Of a DNA stretch of 60,788 bases, positions 1-12,162 are shown piece after piece. How positions within the stretch are numbered: the stretch's first letter is position 1; every line of letters starts with the position of its first letter. Location: the IMG/VR virus record IMGVR_UViG_3300038345_000178. The stretch is one strand, 5' to 3'. A model generated the notes under the pieces. It saw only the letters and a list, made by a program, of their open reading frames with translations. It was not told where the DNA came from and made no database searches. Made by a program: the position numbers and the translations under genes. This DNA comes from an uncultured virus (IMG/VR IMGVR_UViG_3300038345_000178) (taxonomy: Duplodnaviria; Heunggongvirae; Uroviricota; Caudoviricetes).

Positions 1-641
1 TCTGCAGTAGTTAATAACTGATCCATAGCAGTTTCATCAAAAGCATTATGTACTACCTTGTTAATAGCTTTAATGTTTCCAACTGCCGCAACAAGTGCTT
101 TAGCAATTTCACGATAAATAGCCTCATCCATACCTTCAAGTACAAGACTATAATAATCATTCATAGTCATACGATTATCAAGTAGCTCTTCCCACTCAAC
201 TCTTGAAGCTCCGCCATAAGCAGCTGTCTGGATTTCCATTGAATATCCATCTAACTTAAAGATTTCGTATCTACCAGCAAGTCCAACTCTTGTAACAAAT
301 TGCTTTGCACGTTTCTTAGAAGCTTCACTAATTTTTACTTTATAAACAGGTTTTACGCCCTGAGCAAATTGCTGTACATCAGCAAACTGACCATAAGCCT
401 GAAGAACTTTTTGTGGTAAAACTTCTGTTAGACTAACTTCCATCAATGTATAAATTAAATTTTTATTTTCTCTGAAATCCTGTGGTGTTGCACCAAGTTC
501 ATTTAATTCTTTAACAAATGTTTTATTCAAAGCTTCTGCTGAAAGGTTCTCTCCATTAAATGAGAAACTCTTAGAAGGATTCAAAGATGCCTTAGCATTA
601 GCTCTTGCCAATTCAATAAGTTGTTCTTTATTTAATGCCAT
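1..641 (-). CDS. Major capsid protein (5' part; runs off the left edge)
   Basis: Open frame from ATG at 641 (MALNKEQLIELARANAK...FVTRVGLAGRYEIFKLDG...) with GGAGG SD and no in-frame TAG; last gene of the terminase-portal-protease-decoration order. Confidence 0.7.
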   Translation of the reverse strand, partial: MALNKEQLIELARANAKASLNPSKSFSFNGENLSAEALNKTFVKELNELGATPQDFRENKNLIYTLMEVSLTEVLPQKVLQAYGQFADVQQFAQGVKPVYKVKISEASKKRAKQFVTRVGLAGRYEIFKLDGYSMEIQTAAYGGASRVEWEELLDNRMTMNDYYSLVLEGMDEAIYREIAKALVAAVGNIKAINKVVHNAFDETAMDQLLTTA

Positions 642-659
642 ATCTTTTCTCCTCCTTTA

Positions 660-1262
660 TTACTGAACTCTTTGAATCTTTACGCCAGGTTGTGTTGTGT
701 CTGGCATAGTATATTCTTTTACAACTTTCCATACCATTCCTGTAGAAGGCATTGTTGTAGCGGCAGTAGCATTATTTCCCTCTCCTGTTGTAGCAAGAGT
801 TAAGAAACCATTACTACCAACCACTAAATAATTACCAACAGATAATGACATTGTTCCTACTTCGGCAGTATTAGAAGTATTAGGAACTGCAATAGTATTG
901 GTTGTAATAATATCACCAACTTCAGTTGCAATTAATCTTGGATAAATTTGCTCATCTGTAAAGTCAGCAATTTTATATACAAAATCTTTCATAGATTGAT
1001 ATCTTTCATCATATAATTTAATTTCGTTATAAACAAGCATAAATTCGCCATCGCCTGTGAAGTTTACCTTACCATTAGCATAATCATACTTTGCAAATTG
1101 TCCATTCTCAAGTTGAGTAATTCCTGTGTAAGTTGTTACACCATTTGCAGTAGTTTTTGTATACTGTGTTGGTAGCTGAGCATAAATTCTGCCCTCTACG
1201 ATACCAGAAAGGTGGTTGGCTTCAACTTGTCCATAACCTTTTCTTTTCATTACAAGTGCCAT
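660..1262 (-). CDS. Putative head decoration/capsid-associated protein
   Basis: 200-aa beta-rich ORF between protease/scaffold and capsid; assigned by synteny only. Confidence 0.45.
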   Translation of the reverse strand: MALVMKRKGYGQVEANHLSGIVEGRIYAQLPTQYTKTTANGVTTYTGITQLENGQFAKYDYANGKVNFTGDGEFMLVYNEIKLYDERYQSMKDFVYKIADFTDEQIYPRLIATEVGDIITTNTIAVPNTSNTAEVGTMSLSVGNYLVVGSNGFLTLATTGEGNNATAATTMPSTGMVWKVVKEYTMPDTTQPGVKIQRVQ

Positions 1263-1289
1263 TCGTTTTTATCTCCTTTACTAGTAAAA

Positions 1290-2615
1290 TTATTTCATTT
1301 CTTCTTTAACCATTCTTACCCAATCAGGAAGACTACCTGTTTCTGGAGCGAAAGAATAAGTTAATATACTTTCAGTTTTTTCTTCTTTGTTTACTGCAGG
1401 CTCTTCAGAAGCTGCCGAAAAATTAATCTTTTTATCAAAACAAATAACTGAAAGTTTTGCTTTAATTTCATCTAAGGTATATTTTTCTTTATTTGCAATT
1501 ACATCTGCCTTATCTTCATCTGCAAGCATATAGAACTCAGAAATTAGAGCATCTTTCTTCTGATTTTCAATTTCAGTTTTAAAACTTAAAAGTTCCTGAT
1601 ACTGAGTTTGAAGAGCGCTATAAGAAGTTTTTAATTCTTCAAGCTCTTGAGAAAGAAGTGTAAATTTTTTCTTATCGTCTTCATCATCTTTCTCTTCTTC
1701 GCCTTCATCTTCTTTAGCTTCATCCTTAGTGCCATCTTCTTCTTTATCATCCGCTGGCCTTTCGTCAGAAGTTTCTTTTTCTTTTTCATCGTCTTTTTTT
1801 GCAAAATCAGAAGAAACAGAAGTTTCATTAACAATAGGGGCCTCTTCAATTGAAGACTCTTCAACAACAGAAGCCTCTTGCTCTGTAAAAGTTAATGTTG
1901 TTTCATTTTCCATCTGTTTTTTCCCTCCATTTAAGACATTCTTTAAATCTTGCATCATGCTATAAAGAGTGTTCTTAAATTTATCATCTAATGTAAATTT
2001 TTTACTTATTTCTGGTTTTGTTACTGAAGCCCCCTCAAAACAAGGCTCAACACTATCACCAAGAATGCATAATTTTGAAACAATAGCATCATTAATTATA
2101 AAGTAATCCATTTCTTTATCATAATTATATTCCCATTGTCCATCAACTGATGCATCAAATAATTCCATAGATTGCGGACGCCCCTCATTTACAGGTAAGC
2201 TGGATTCTGGAAACTGAGAAGTCCAAAGATATCCAGTAGTCATTAAATAGGTATGAACTACTGAATTTCCCATATTATCATGGTCTTCAAAATCTTGGAA
2301 CCAAACCTTAGCATCAGGAGAAACAAAACCATAAGGAACAGTTTGACATTCAAAATGTATTCCCTCATCATCAATAATGAGTTTCTCTCCGTGGTCAGCA
2401 AAATCTTCTTTTGATTCTTTGTAGTAGCCTACGATTGGAGCCCCTCGAAGGGTTTCTCCAATCTTAGTTGCCACTTCTTTACTAATAAAGGAACGGTTTC
2501 TATTAGCACCTACATACAAAACTTTTATTTCACACTCAGACATTAAAGGATTAATATCTAATGGACGAAGATTTATAAACTCTGGAGAATCAATAGTTGC
2601 AATAGATTGATGCAT
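1290..2615 (-). CDS. Prohead protease fused to acidic scaffold domain
   Basis: N-terminal N-x-N...H...QSMEL...LCILG..VEPCFEGA pattern typical of phage maturation proteases, followed by a D/E/K-rich coiled-coil; lies between portal and capsid. Confidence 0.65.
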   Translation of the reverse strand: MHQSIATIDSPEFINLRPLDINPLMSECEIKVLYVGANRNRSFISKEVATKIGETLRGAPIVGYYKESKEDFADHGEKLIIDDEGIHFECQTVPYGFVSPDAKVWFQDFEDHDNMGNSVVHTYLMTTGYLWTSQFPESSLPVNEGRPQSMELFDASVDGQWEYNYDKEMDYFIINDAIVSKLCILGDSVEPCFEGASVTKPEISKKFTLDDKFKNTLYSMMQDLKNVLNGGKKQMENETTLTFTEQEASVVEESSIEEAPIVNETSVSSDFAKKDDEKEKETSDERPADDKEEDGTKDEAKEDEGEEEKDDEDDKKKFTLLSQELEELKTSYSALQTQYQELLSFKTEIENQKKDALISEFYMLADEDKADVIANKEKYTLDEIKAKLSVICFDKKINFSAASEEPAVNKEEKTESILTYSFAPETGSLPDWVRMVKEEMK

Positions 2616-2700
2616 AAACTATTTCTCCTTTTTCTATATATTATAAAAAATCTCAAAAAACTTTTAATAAAAGTCACCCAAAAATTTTTTAAATTTTTTA

Positions 2701-4269
2701 TTAATTCATGCTTTCTTTATTTTGAATAGTTTTTGTTGATTTTTCATCATTTGCCTTTTCTGGCCGGCCAGCCCCTTCATTATTACTACCACCATTTGCC
2801 GTTTTATTAAGAACGTCTACGTTCATTGTGCTTGACATTAATGGAGGAATAAATACATTAACTAAATCAAGAATGTCATTTTCAAAATAAGCATTTGCAA
2901 GAACTGCACTTTGGGCTTGACCAAGAGCAATTTGTGGTAACATTTTTGAATAGCCCAATTGAGTTTGCTCTTTATATAATTTAGCTAATTCTTTATAATT
3001 ATAAATTGTTGTTGGTAGAATTTGCGCTCTATAATAAAATCTTTTTGGATTTTTATTATAAGGGTTTAATAAAACATTAATAAAATTCTCAAACTGTTGA
3101 ATTAAATTCCACATTGAAGCTTCATCATTTAAAATAGATTTTTCAAGAGCAATATTACCATCGGTGTTAAATTGCATTTGAGAGACTCCAGCTTCATTAT
3201 AAACAGTTCTTTCAACTTTTTCCAGCCCATCAGTTGCGGTGCTTGTATAATTATCTGCCATATTTGCAACTTCAACATCCGCAAAAGTAGTTAATACATC
3301 AATACCAATAGCCTTAGATAACATTTGAACAGCGTTGTTATGTAATTGTTGGGCTTCATCAACGTCAAATACTAAATCGCCATTTTTATCAATAGGCATC
3401 TTTTGAATAATAATTTTTAAAAGCTGTTGTTGCATTTTTCTTCTATCTAAATCTTGTGCTGCATCTAAATCAATTATTGCAGGAATTACAGAAATAAATG
3501 GAGGAAAATCTTCATCATTTAGACTAAATTTCAATACAGCTCCGCTTGTTAATAAATACCATCCAGATTCATCTCCAGGAAAATCTGGCGGCAATTTTCC
3601 TTTTTTATATAATTTATAACCAATCTCAAATTCTGGTGGGAAAATTTTAAATACTTTTGCACGCTGCTCACTATTGGTAAACATATCATCAAAAAATCTC
3701 ATATTAAATTCAACCGCAGGTTGACCATTTAAATAAAAACGAGATCTGCAATACCTTGGTGGAAGCTATTGAAGAGCAGCGCTTTTTTCTTTTGTAATTA
3801 AATAGCCATAATAACAACCATTTTTAACAACCTTTAAAGCAATTTCACCAAAAAGTTTTTTTAAACCAAAATTATCTAAAAATAATAAAACTCGTTTAAA
3901 ATTTTCTAATAATTTTTTAGAATCTGTTCCATCTGAAAAATGTGGTGTAACTAGCCAATCATATCTATACATATAAGCCATATATCTACATAATCGTTGA
4001 TAAATACCGCTTATTTTATAAAAATAATTAGAAATCTATCGCATACGCTATAAATCCCCGCCATGGATAGCTCTTAGTATATTTACTTTATCACCTAGAG
4101 TTGGATTAACTTTTTTTAGGTCTCCAAGCTTTAAAATGGCGTCTGATACTGTTTTTACTCCTATTCGAACTTTAGAAAAATCAATAGGAACAAAACCATC
4201 ATTTAGGCTATCTGTTGCTTGAACCATATCAAAACCTTTTTGTTTTATATAAGCCATTCTATCAATCAA
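2701..4269 (-). CDS. Portal protein (522 aa, 3 in-frame TAG read through)
   Basis: ORFs 4048-4269, 3766-3981 and 2701-3702 share one frame, broken only by TAG at 4048-50, 4036-38 and 3766-68; size and position fit a portal. Confidence 0.7.
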
Positions 4270-4293
4270 AGCTTCAGATACCTCTCTTTCTCA

Positions 4294-4650
4294 TTACCAA
4301 CCTGCCGCGCCAATAATATAGTCATAAGTAATTCTTCCTTCGTCCCAATAAGGAATAATAACCAAATTAATATTATGTTTTTTACAATACTAACGTTTTT
4401 TCATATCATTATATTGCTGTTTACGTAAACCGCTTATACCACCAAATACTTCTTTTGGTTGATAATGTTGAATCCCTTGAAACTCAATCAAGAAATCTAA
4501 ATTTTGCTAATCATCAAAAACCGCAAAATCAAATCTTAGCGGGCGGCCAGTATTACTTACTAAATCTGGAAAAGAATATTCTTCTGCGAAACTCAATCCA
4601 GATGCCTTCAAAATTTCCTAAATCTTAATTTCTCCTCTTGAAGCTCGCAT
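4294..4650 (-). CDS. PD-(D/E)XK-like nuclease domain protein (118 aa, 3 TAG)
   Basis: MRASRGEIKI*EIL...LRFDFAVFDD*QNLDFLIEFQGIQHY...DMKKR*YCKKHNINLVIIPYW; S.GE / FDF / IE.QG.QH pattern of Vsr/DUF559-like nucleases; absent from the ORF track because of TAGs. Confidence 0.7.
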
Positions 4651-4717
4651 TTTGCATCTTTCCTTTCTATTTTATATAAAAATTCTCAAAATTCTTTTAA
4701 CAATTTTTGTCCTATGT

Positions 4718-7700
4718 TTATGAAGAGGTAAAAAATAAAAAATCTGTAATATTATATTTTTTCTTCTTTTTATTTAAATCTTCTTCTTTTTTTACATAAT
4801 ATAATCCATATAAAAAAGCTGAAAATTTATCTTTTTTTATACTTCTATTATTTTGTTTTAAAATAATATTAATTCCTTCATTTTCTTCTACTAAATTTAA
4901 CATTTGCTACTTTAATACAGAAGTCAAAATAAAAGGTCTTAAATACTCATTTCTTTGATCCATATCCATATTTTGTCCAACTTTGGTAGACATTAGTTTT
5001 GTTTTAGCTAAACTTTCATCTATTAAGAATCTAATTTTACCATTATACATTTGAGATTGAACATAAGAATACGCTTCTGTATTGATAGGTGCATTAGCTT
5101 TAATTAAAAATAATACATCTCTTTCTGTGTCTGGTGTAATAAATTTTTTATATTCTGGATATTCATCAGTATTATAAACACCAAAAGGCGGTAAAAACTC
5201 ACCATCGTCTGTGTCTTGAGCTTTAATTAAATAATCTACCAATCCAACTCCTACATTTGTATTCCATATAAGACGCTACCCTTATATGCGCTTTCGCTGC
5301 TTTATGTTTCCATAAAGATTAGACTATATCATTTCTTCCTTTTCTGCTTCGGATATCAATCGCTTATATCCTACTCTCTTTCGAGATAGTCGTTGAACCT
5401 TTGTTAATATTACTTAAAAGTTGCTTCCAGGTTTTTTTATTTTTAATTTTTCCAATAGTATCAGGATGAACATTAAATTCATTGCCTAATTTAATATTAG
5501 ATTCACCTTGATTTGATCTTATATAAATATCAATTACTTGTTCAGGAGTAAGTTTGGCAGCCCCATTAACAGAAGCTCTTAAATTATGTTCAATGGCATG
5601 AAGAATATTCTCTTTACAAGTAACCCATTCTAAATTCTATAAACAATTATTTCGTTTATTTCCATCTTTATGATTTACTTGATACGCTTCCATATGTTTA
5701 ATAGGACAAAAATTTTCCATAATTAATCTATGAACAGAATATCTATGTCTTTTTCCATCTTTAGAAATCATCTGAATTTTTTCATAACCATTTTTATCTA
5801 ATTGAGGATTTAAAAATTTTTGACTCCTTTCACTCCAAACTTTTCCATTATCAGTAACATAATAATTAAATTTTAAATCATATTTACATATAGTAATCAA
5901 CTTTTTCATAATTTTTCATAAACCTCCAATAAAGATTTTTTTAACACTTGGCTGCTGATTGCCCTCGCCTTTTTATCGTTAGGGTTTCCCAGCAATTCAA
6001 AAAATTTTACATGGGCTAGATGTAAAAATTAACCCATTGGCATCAATTGCTATCCGCCGCGGTTTATATTTATAATATAAATGCTTTATATGAATACATT
6101 GAGTTTCAAAATGCTATTCATTATATGAATATAAATTTACTAATGTCTTATGTGCAGGACCCTGAACCTGCGGCGTCACTTTAATAATACAAACTTCAGT
6201 AGTGCATCCAACCCTACCAACGTCAACTCCTAATACATAATAAGCGGTTTTTGATGATCTTCCGCTATACTCATACTACGGTTGTAATAATACTCGATAT
6301 TTATCAAATTTTTCAGAAGAGAAGAACGCGTTATTAACGTCTCCAGACCAAACTGAACGATATTCTCTATTAAAAGACTCTTCATTAAAAGTTCCCTGCA
6401 TACGAAGATTTTCAACAAAATTTTCATCTAATAAACCACATAATACTGGTGTTTCATAAGTTCCACCCATAATCATATATTCATCTGGTTCTAAAATAGA
6501 ATTAATCAAAATTTCAATAAGCTTGTGATAGGCAAAAGAGTTCTTCCAGCCCGCTGTTGTTCCTTTATATTCCATATAATTCGCTAAATTATATGCGTTC
6601 TCTAATGAACTGCTATATATTTCTATATAGAGTAGACTATATCTTCACCCTCTAAATTATTTATTAAGGGGGCCACCGCTTCCACTCGCTTGAGTGTACT
6701 CTTTTTCAAGATAGTCGTTGAACCTTCCCTGAAAGCAGGGCTTGGCTGCTGATTGCCCTCGACTTCAACGTTAGGGTGTCCCAGCAATTCAATGGCTTTC
6801 AATTATTCATTACTGAATAACGACACTATTTTTTGTTTTTCTTCGTTATTAAGTTTATTATATTCTAAATTATAATCTTTATAAGTTAGTCCTTTTTTTA
6901 TACAATCTAAAGTATAAGGGCTTGAAATATTTACTAATTCAGCCATTTTTTTACGAGATACAATTTTATTTTCAAAATTATATAAAATCATAAATACTTG
7001 CTCTTTTGTTAAGTGTCTCTTTGATTTTATAATAGTTTGACTAACTTTTTTTTCATAAAAATTAGAGCTGTCACAAAATATCTTATATATAGCTTTTCGC
7101 TCTTCTAATGACATTTTTTTATATTCATTTATATATTGATTATGATTAATCTCTTTTTTAATTCTACTCACGGTAGTTAATGAAATATTAAAAATTTTTG
7201 ATAACACCCCTCCTGGACGAGAACAAAATTCTAAAGCTGCACAAATATTATAGATATCTGATTGAGTTAAATGACTACCACCATTTGAAGGACCAAAATT
7301 TCCGCCTTCGTTTTGATTATATCCATTTTTATAACTATCATATTTTTTTATAAATTCTTGTTCTTTTTGTCCAATTTCTTGTTCTGAAATATCCCCTTTA
7401 AATTCTACTGTAAAAATAAAATTATTTTCTCCATAAATATTAAATTCTTTTTGAAGAAAATGATTATCATGCCGATTACATTTTAAATCGGTAAAATGTC
7501 TAGAACGTCTTCTTGCTATATTATTAGTTAAACCAATATAAATTTTATGATTTTGTAAATTTTCTATTTTATAAATATAATACATATAATAGAAACCTCC
7601 TTTTATTTTTTCTATTATATATAAAAATTATCTATATAACTTTATAACGCTTTGTCCAAAAAAGTTAATGTATATTTGACTCTTATTAACGATTTCTTCT

Positions 7701-8338
7701 GGATGTCTTGAACCATCTGACAGTCTTCTATCAACGTTTGTAGTAGGTATAATAACTTCATTAAGCATATCTCCGTCAATAAGGACACATTCTTCCATTA
7801 CTCCACCAGTTCGCCTTTGTCCTCTTGAAGATTGTCTTGCTGCAAGAATATCAATAGATGAATTGTTTTTAAATACATATTTTACGTTATCCTTTGATTT
7901 AGTAGAAACACCGCGGTCCCAATTAATCTCGTTAGATAACGCGGGGATTAATCTACAAATCTATTCAATTTTGGCAATAGTAATACTTGCCGCTTGCTAT
8001 TTACCACCAGTTGTAACAAATAATTGAGAATTAGGATATAAAATACATCGTAACATTAATGCCATCATTGATAAAAATGATTTAGAATATGCACGAGGAA
8101 ATACTCCATATACATATCTATGTCGCATAATTGCTCTTAAAAATATCCTTTGATAAAAAAGAAATTGAAATGTTGAATCTTTCCCCTTAATAAAATCAAC
8201 AAAAATATCAGGATACCATCTAAAAAAAGCAATTAACTCTCTTAATCCATCTAAATCTGTGTTAATTCTTTCTTCAGATAATCCTTGTTTTTTATATTCT
8301 CTATTCTAAGATAATTGTAATAATTCTTTTAAACTCAT
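4718..8338 (-). CDS. terL: Terminase large subunit; 3 exons (8338-7668, 6561-6032, 5253-4718; 578 aa), several TAG read through
   Basis: Spliced frame gives FPRAYSKS (Walker A-like), GVMEE (Walker B), YITTAG, the LGVDVG nuclease motif and IDANGLGVG; exon lengths sum to 1737 nt, a multiple of 3. Confidence 0.85.
5254..6031 (-). mobile_element. Group I intron 2 in terL
   Basis: Minus strand carries core elements TGAATTGCTGG, GGGCAATCAGCAGCCAAG, AGGTTCAACGACTA and GATATAGTCT; 5' exon ends in U (AUGGGU, pairing with intronic GCCCAU); intron starts TAA and ends in G; removal restores DANG-L-GVG. Confidence 0.85.
5364..5909 (-). CDS. HNH homing endonuclease in intron 2 (181 aa, 1 TAG)
   Basis: VHRL...VNHKDGNKRNNCL*NLEWVT..EN motif continues through the TAG at 5637-39 to TAA at 5364. 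Confidence 0.8.
6562..7667 (-). mobile_element. Group I intron 1 in terL
   Basis: Same P/Q/R/S-like core at about 6630-6792; 5' exon ends in U, intron starts TAA and ends in G; removal restores QIY-I-TTAGWK. Confidence 0.85.
6803..7585 (-). CDS. GIY-YIG homing endonuclease in intron 1
   Basis: YIYKI...KIYIGLT...R...H...E...GYNQ pattern followed by HTH-like repeats; GGAGG SD. Confidence 0.85.
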   Translation of the reverse strand: MYYIYKIENLQNHKIYIGLTNNIARRRSRHFTDLKCNRHDNHFLQKEFNIYGENNFIFTVEFKGDISEQEIGQKEQEFIKKYDSYKNGYNQNEGGNFGPSNGGSHLTQSDIYNICAALEFCSRPGGVLSKIFNISLTTVSRIKKEINHNQYINEYKKMSLEERKAIYKIFCDSSNFYEKKVSQTIIKSKRHLTKEQVFMILYNFENKIVSRKKMAELVNISSPYTLDCIKKGLTYKDYNLEYNKLNNEEKQKIVSLFSNE

Positions 8339-9654
8339 ATTTCAAATGACACCCTCCTTGATAAATATTCCTGTTCAATAGATTCATCTGTTAGGTTATC
8401 ATCTACCGCCTTCATATTAGCAAGCTATTCTTTATATTTTGCAAAATCTTCATCTTTTAATTCTACTTCTCTTTTTCCTTGCTTTTTAGCTTCTTCTTGG
8501 TCGCGTTTTCTTTCTTCCCTAATTCGCTTCTCTTGTAAATACTTTTCAATCTCTTGAGCCAATGATTTATCTTCATATATTAAAGTTCTATTATAATCTT
8601 TTAAATCTTGTAAAATTTTATCTACAACATCTTTTGGTTCTTTACAATGATAACGAGGAACTTTTCCAGTATGAGATTCTACATAATCAACAATAGCAGA
8701 AGCAGAATCTAGGGCGGACCCTTCTGATTCTTTGTTCTGCGCCTCTGTAAATTTTGCAGATTTCATCATAGAATCATAAACTCTTGATAATTTTTGATAA
8801 CTATCTATATCTCCGCTATCAATAGCCTAATCCATTTTCAAAGATGTTTTACAAATTTTCTTTAAAGTATCAATTCTTGCCGCCCCTTGAATATCAAATG
8901 AGTTCATAAATTCTGTATATAACTGCTCAAGAGCAACCCATTGCGCTGGAGTGTATAAACGTCCCCATTTCATTGCTAAATAAATTTTATCCTAATGGCT
9001 TAAATTCGCACTTGGATCTTCGCTTAATAATTCTTCTTCTGGTATAAAATTTTTTTCTTGAAAAGGATTTTTTAATTGATTAAGAGCCTACTCATAAGAA
9101 GTAACTTTACTGTTTTTTATAACTCCTGTAATTACATCCCCCTGTACTGGTGGCAGTTCTTTTGCTTGAGTTTCTGTACTAACTAAAGTTTTGTATTCTG
9201 CTTCAGTAATTTGTCCATTTTCAAATCTTTGTTTTAATTCTTTTTCATAGTCTTTTTTTTCTTTTTCTTTTTTTCCCGCCTTTTCTCCAGCTTGCTATTG
9301 AAGCATTTCACTATCTTTATATGAAAAATCTTTCCATTGTTTTAATCGCATTTTTGCAAGATATTTTCCAATTACGGTTGTTCCATTCATTTTATAAGGG
9401 TCTTTTGCAAAAGCTTTATCTCTAATAACGTTCCATTCAATAGGAACGTAAGGAACATCCATTGTTTCTAATACCCATAAAAATGTTTTTTCATCAAAAT
9501 TATCTATATGTGCGGTTAAGCATGCTTTACATAAATTACATTTACTACCGTCTTTATATTGATAAAAATTAATTTCTGTAAGTATCTTATTACATCGTTC
9601 GCACTTACATTTTCCATTTGAATTTGGTAATTGTCCACGTAATCCCTATGGCAT
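8335..9654 (-). CDS. Zn-finger protein overlapping the terL start; candidate small terminase/packaging factor (439 aa, several TAG)
   Basis: MP*GLRG...CERC...CKAC...; the frame continues through TAGs into ORF 8425-8769 and ends at a TGA overlapping the terL ATG (ATGA). Confidence 0.55.
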
Positions 9655-9658
9655 ATAA

Positions 9659-10744
9659 TCATCCTTTCTTAATTTTTTTCTGATTGCGGCAACATTTACA
9701 AATGCTATACCATCCATCTTTAGAAGTTTTATTTTTAGTAAAAAAATAAGGATGTGCTAATTTTATTTCTTGGCACTTTGAACATTTTTTCCATTTACCT
9801 TTTTCTTCAAAAGTGTAATGCCAAACAATCCAATCCTATTTAGCTTTATCTGCTAATAATTTTGGGATTTTTTTACGCCATAATATAGATATATATTCAG
9901 TAGAATAAGTATGTCCATATTTCTACAAAAGAACTTCCGCAATTTGTTTACTTGTTTTATCTTTGAATTTTAATTTTATTAAATCTAAATAAATAGCATA
10001 ATTGCCGCATAAAGTTTTATTTATTAATTTTTCAAAATCATTTATTAAATAATAAAAATCATTTTCAATTTTCCCTGATAATTCTTTTTTTAAATTAGTA
10101 TAATTACACAAAAGACAGCTAATATGAGTTGGATTAAATAAAGATATTAGTCCATCACTTTCCGGTTCGCCTTTTTCATTAATTGTTATATTTTCATTTA
10201 AATGTAATTTTTTTCCAAAATTTCTTATTACTTTTGTAACAACAACAGGTTGCTTAAAAGCATTTTTAATTACATACTGATCTTTTCTCATTTCAATTAA
10301 ATGCTTAGTTAATAATGCTTTTCTTCTACCTACTGCCGCATTTTTTTGTTTTTCAATTAAATCAATAGCTTGCCGCAACTCTGCTAATGGGGGGATGTCT
10401 TGAATATCCTGTTCAGTGATTTGAATTTTTGGAGTAAGGAGTACATTTTTATCTGCTTCAGTTATAAAATTATAAATCCCGCTCTCTTGATTTTCAAGGT
10501 TTTCCGCAAAACCCTAAAAAGAAATTTCTCTCTTATCAACAGTCACCATTCTATTGGGAGTAAGAATATATTTTCCTTTTTTCATATCTGCGGTTTCAGT
10601 TAAATAATTACTTAATTCTTCTAAATAAAATGTAGTTAATTTTTCTTTTGGCACGGTATCTATAATATTATTTACAATCTACTTACGTTTCTAAATATCA
10701 GTGATTGTTGTATCTAACTAAGGATATGGTCTATGTTTTTCCAA
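9659..10744 (-). CDS. HTH and Zn-ribbon protein, putative transcription regulator (361 aa, several TAG)
   Basis: TTG start after AAGGAGG; frame includes ORF 9923-10378 (TSKQIAEVL, HTH-like) and a C-terminal CSKC...CKCC; interrupted only by TAG. Confidence 0.6.
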
Positions 10745-10894
10745 TAAATTTTTCCTCCTTTCCGCCTTAATATCTATTTATATTATACCAAAAAATTTTG
10801 TCTTTGTCAACTGATTTTTGGGCACTTTTATTTGAAATTTATTAAAAAATTTTATATAATATATTATAGATATAAAAACAAAAGGAGGATAAAT

Positions 10895-11056
10895 ATGTGG
10901 TATGCAATATGTGCGGTTGGTGGAGCAATTTTTGGTACAGTAATAGGCATGTTTTTTGCCAGCGCTGGCCGCCAAAATAAGGAATGGGATGCGTTTAATG
11001 ATGGTTACCGCAAAGCAATAAAAGACATTGAAACAAAAAAGAAGGTTTTAAAGTGA
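10895..11056 (+). CDS. Small membrane protein
   Basis: GGAGG SD, hydrophobic N-terminus. Confidence 0.5.
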   Translation: MWYAICAVGGAIFGTVIGMFFASAGRQNKEWDAFNDGYRKAIKDIETKKKVLK

Positions 11057-11458
11057 TTGTTTTTATATTAGCAGCAGTTTGTACCGTCGGCTTAGGGATG
11101 CTTTGGTTAAGTTCCCGCGATGATGTTCCAATGAAAACCCGCATTAATTTATTAAGAGTTAATTATTTAATTTTATTGTGTGCATTTATAATTATACTTA
11201 CCGCGGAGGGAATTTATGACTATTAGTTATTTTGATAAAATTGCTATATTTCCTAAGAGATGTGATATATGTAATAGACTATTTTGGCTGGAATGGTATA
11301 ATCAATATGAAAAAATATATTTATGTATATCAGATTTAAAATTTATTAAATGTAAAAAATGCGTTGAAGGGGAGAAAAAAGAATGGGTTGAGGTAAAAGC
11401 AAAAATATGATATAAATATAATATTTTTGATTATTATTACGAGTGAGGGAAAGGCGGC

Positions 11459-11797
11459 TTGCAGATGACTAAAAAAGATTTTAAAGATTTAAGAATGTTT
11501 GCTGAAAAATGCGATAAAGTATTGATGAGTGATGATTTGACTTTTGAAGATTATGAGGCGGCAATTAAAGAACTAAATGATAATGATATTAAAGTGGGAG
11601 ATGTAGTCTGTCATGATAAAATTTTTGTGCTTGTAACTTATAAAAATGAATACGTTTGGGAGGGAATAGTAATTCCTGAAGGAAAGATTCTTAGATTTAA
11701 AAAGGCAGATGACTGGAAAATTTATAGAAGAACAACTCATATGAAAGATGTTTTGGAAGATTTAATGAAAACTGCGGAGCTTTATGCGGGTTTATAA
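11459..11797 (+). CDS. Hypothetical protein
   Basis: 112-aa ORF with plausible composition. Confidence 0.5.
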   Translation: MQMTKKDFKDLRMFAEKCDKVLMSDDLTFEDYEAAIKELNDNDIKVGDVVCHDKIFVLVTYKNEYVWEGIVIPEGKILRFKKADDWKIYRRTTHMKDVLEDLMKTAELYAGL

Positions 11798-11806
11798 AAA
11801 ATGGTC

Positions 11807-11950
11807 GTATTTAGATTTGAAATATTTTTTGGAGTAGATCTCGTGTTTAGATTTGAAATATTTTTTGGAGTGGGAAGTGTTTAAATTTAAAATATTTTTT
11901 GGAATGAATCTCTCGCATTTAGATTTGAAATATTTTTTGGAGTGGGAAGT
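11807..11950. repeat. About 36-bp tandem repeat x4
   Basis: TTTAGATTTGAAATATTTTTTGGAGT core repeated four times with short variable linkers. Confidence 0.85.
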
Positions 11951-12162
11951 GTGGTGGCGCAGCTCCTTCAAAAAATCGTTTGTGCAAAATTCCCAAAACA
12001 CACCCCCCTCTTTTGTGCAAAACAGAAAAATACTAAGTTGCCTAATTTTTTTCACAAAAAAGTGTTGACAGCTATTCTGTAGTATGCTATAATGATCATG
12101 CAAGGTTGAGGAAGGGACACCCCACAAGATACCTTGACATTATTAAAAAAGGGGTTTTTACT

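Noticed and set aside
5254..7667. Inteins in the terminase
   Set aside because: The insertions begin with TAA, are not in-frame protein, and carry group I RNA core motifs
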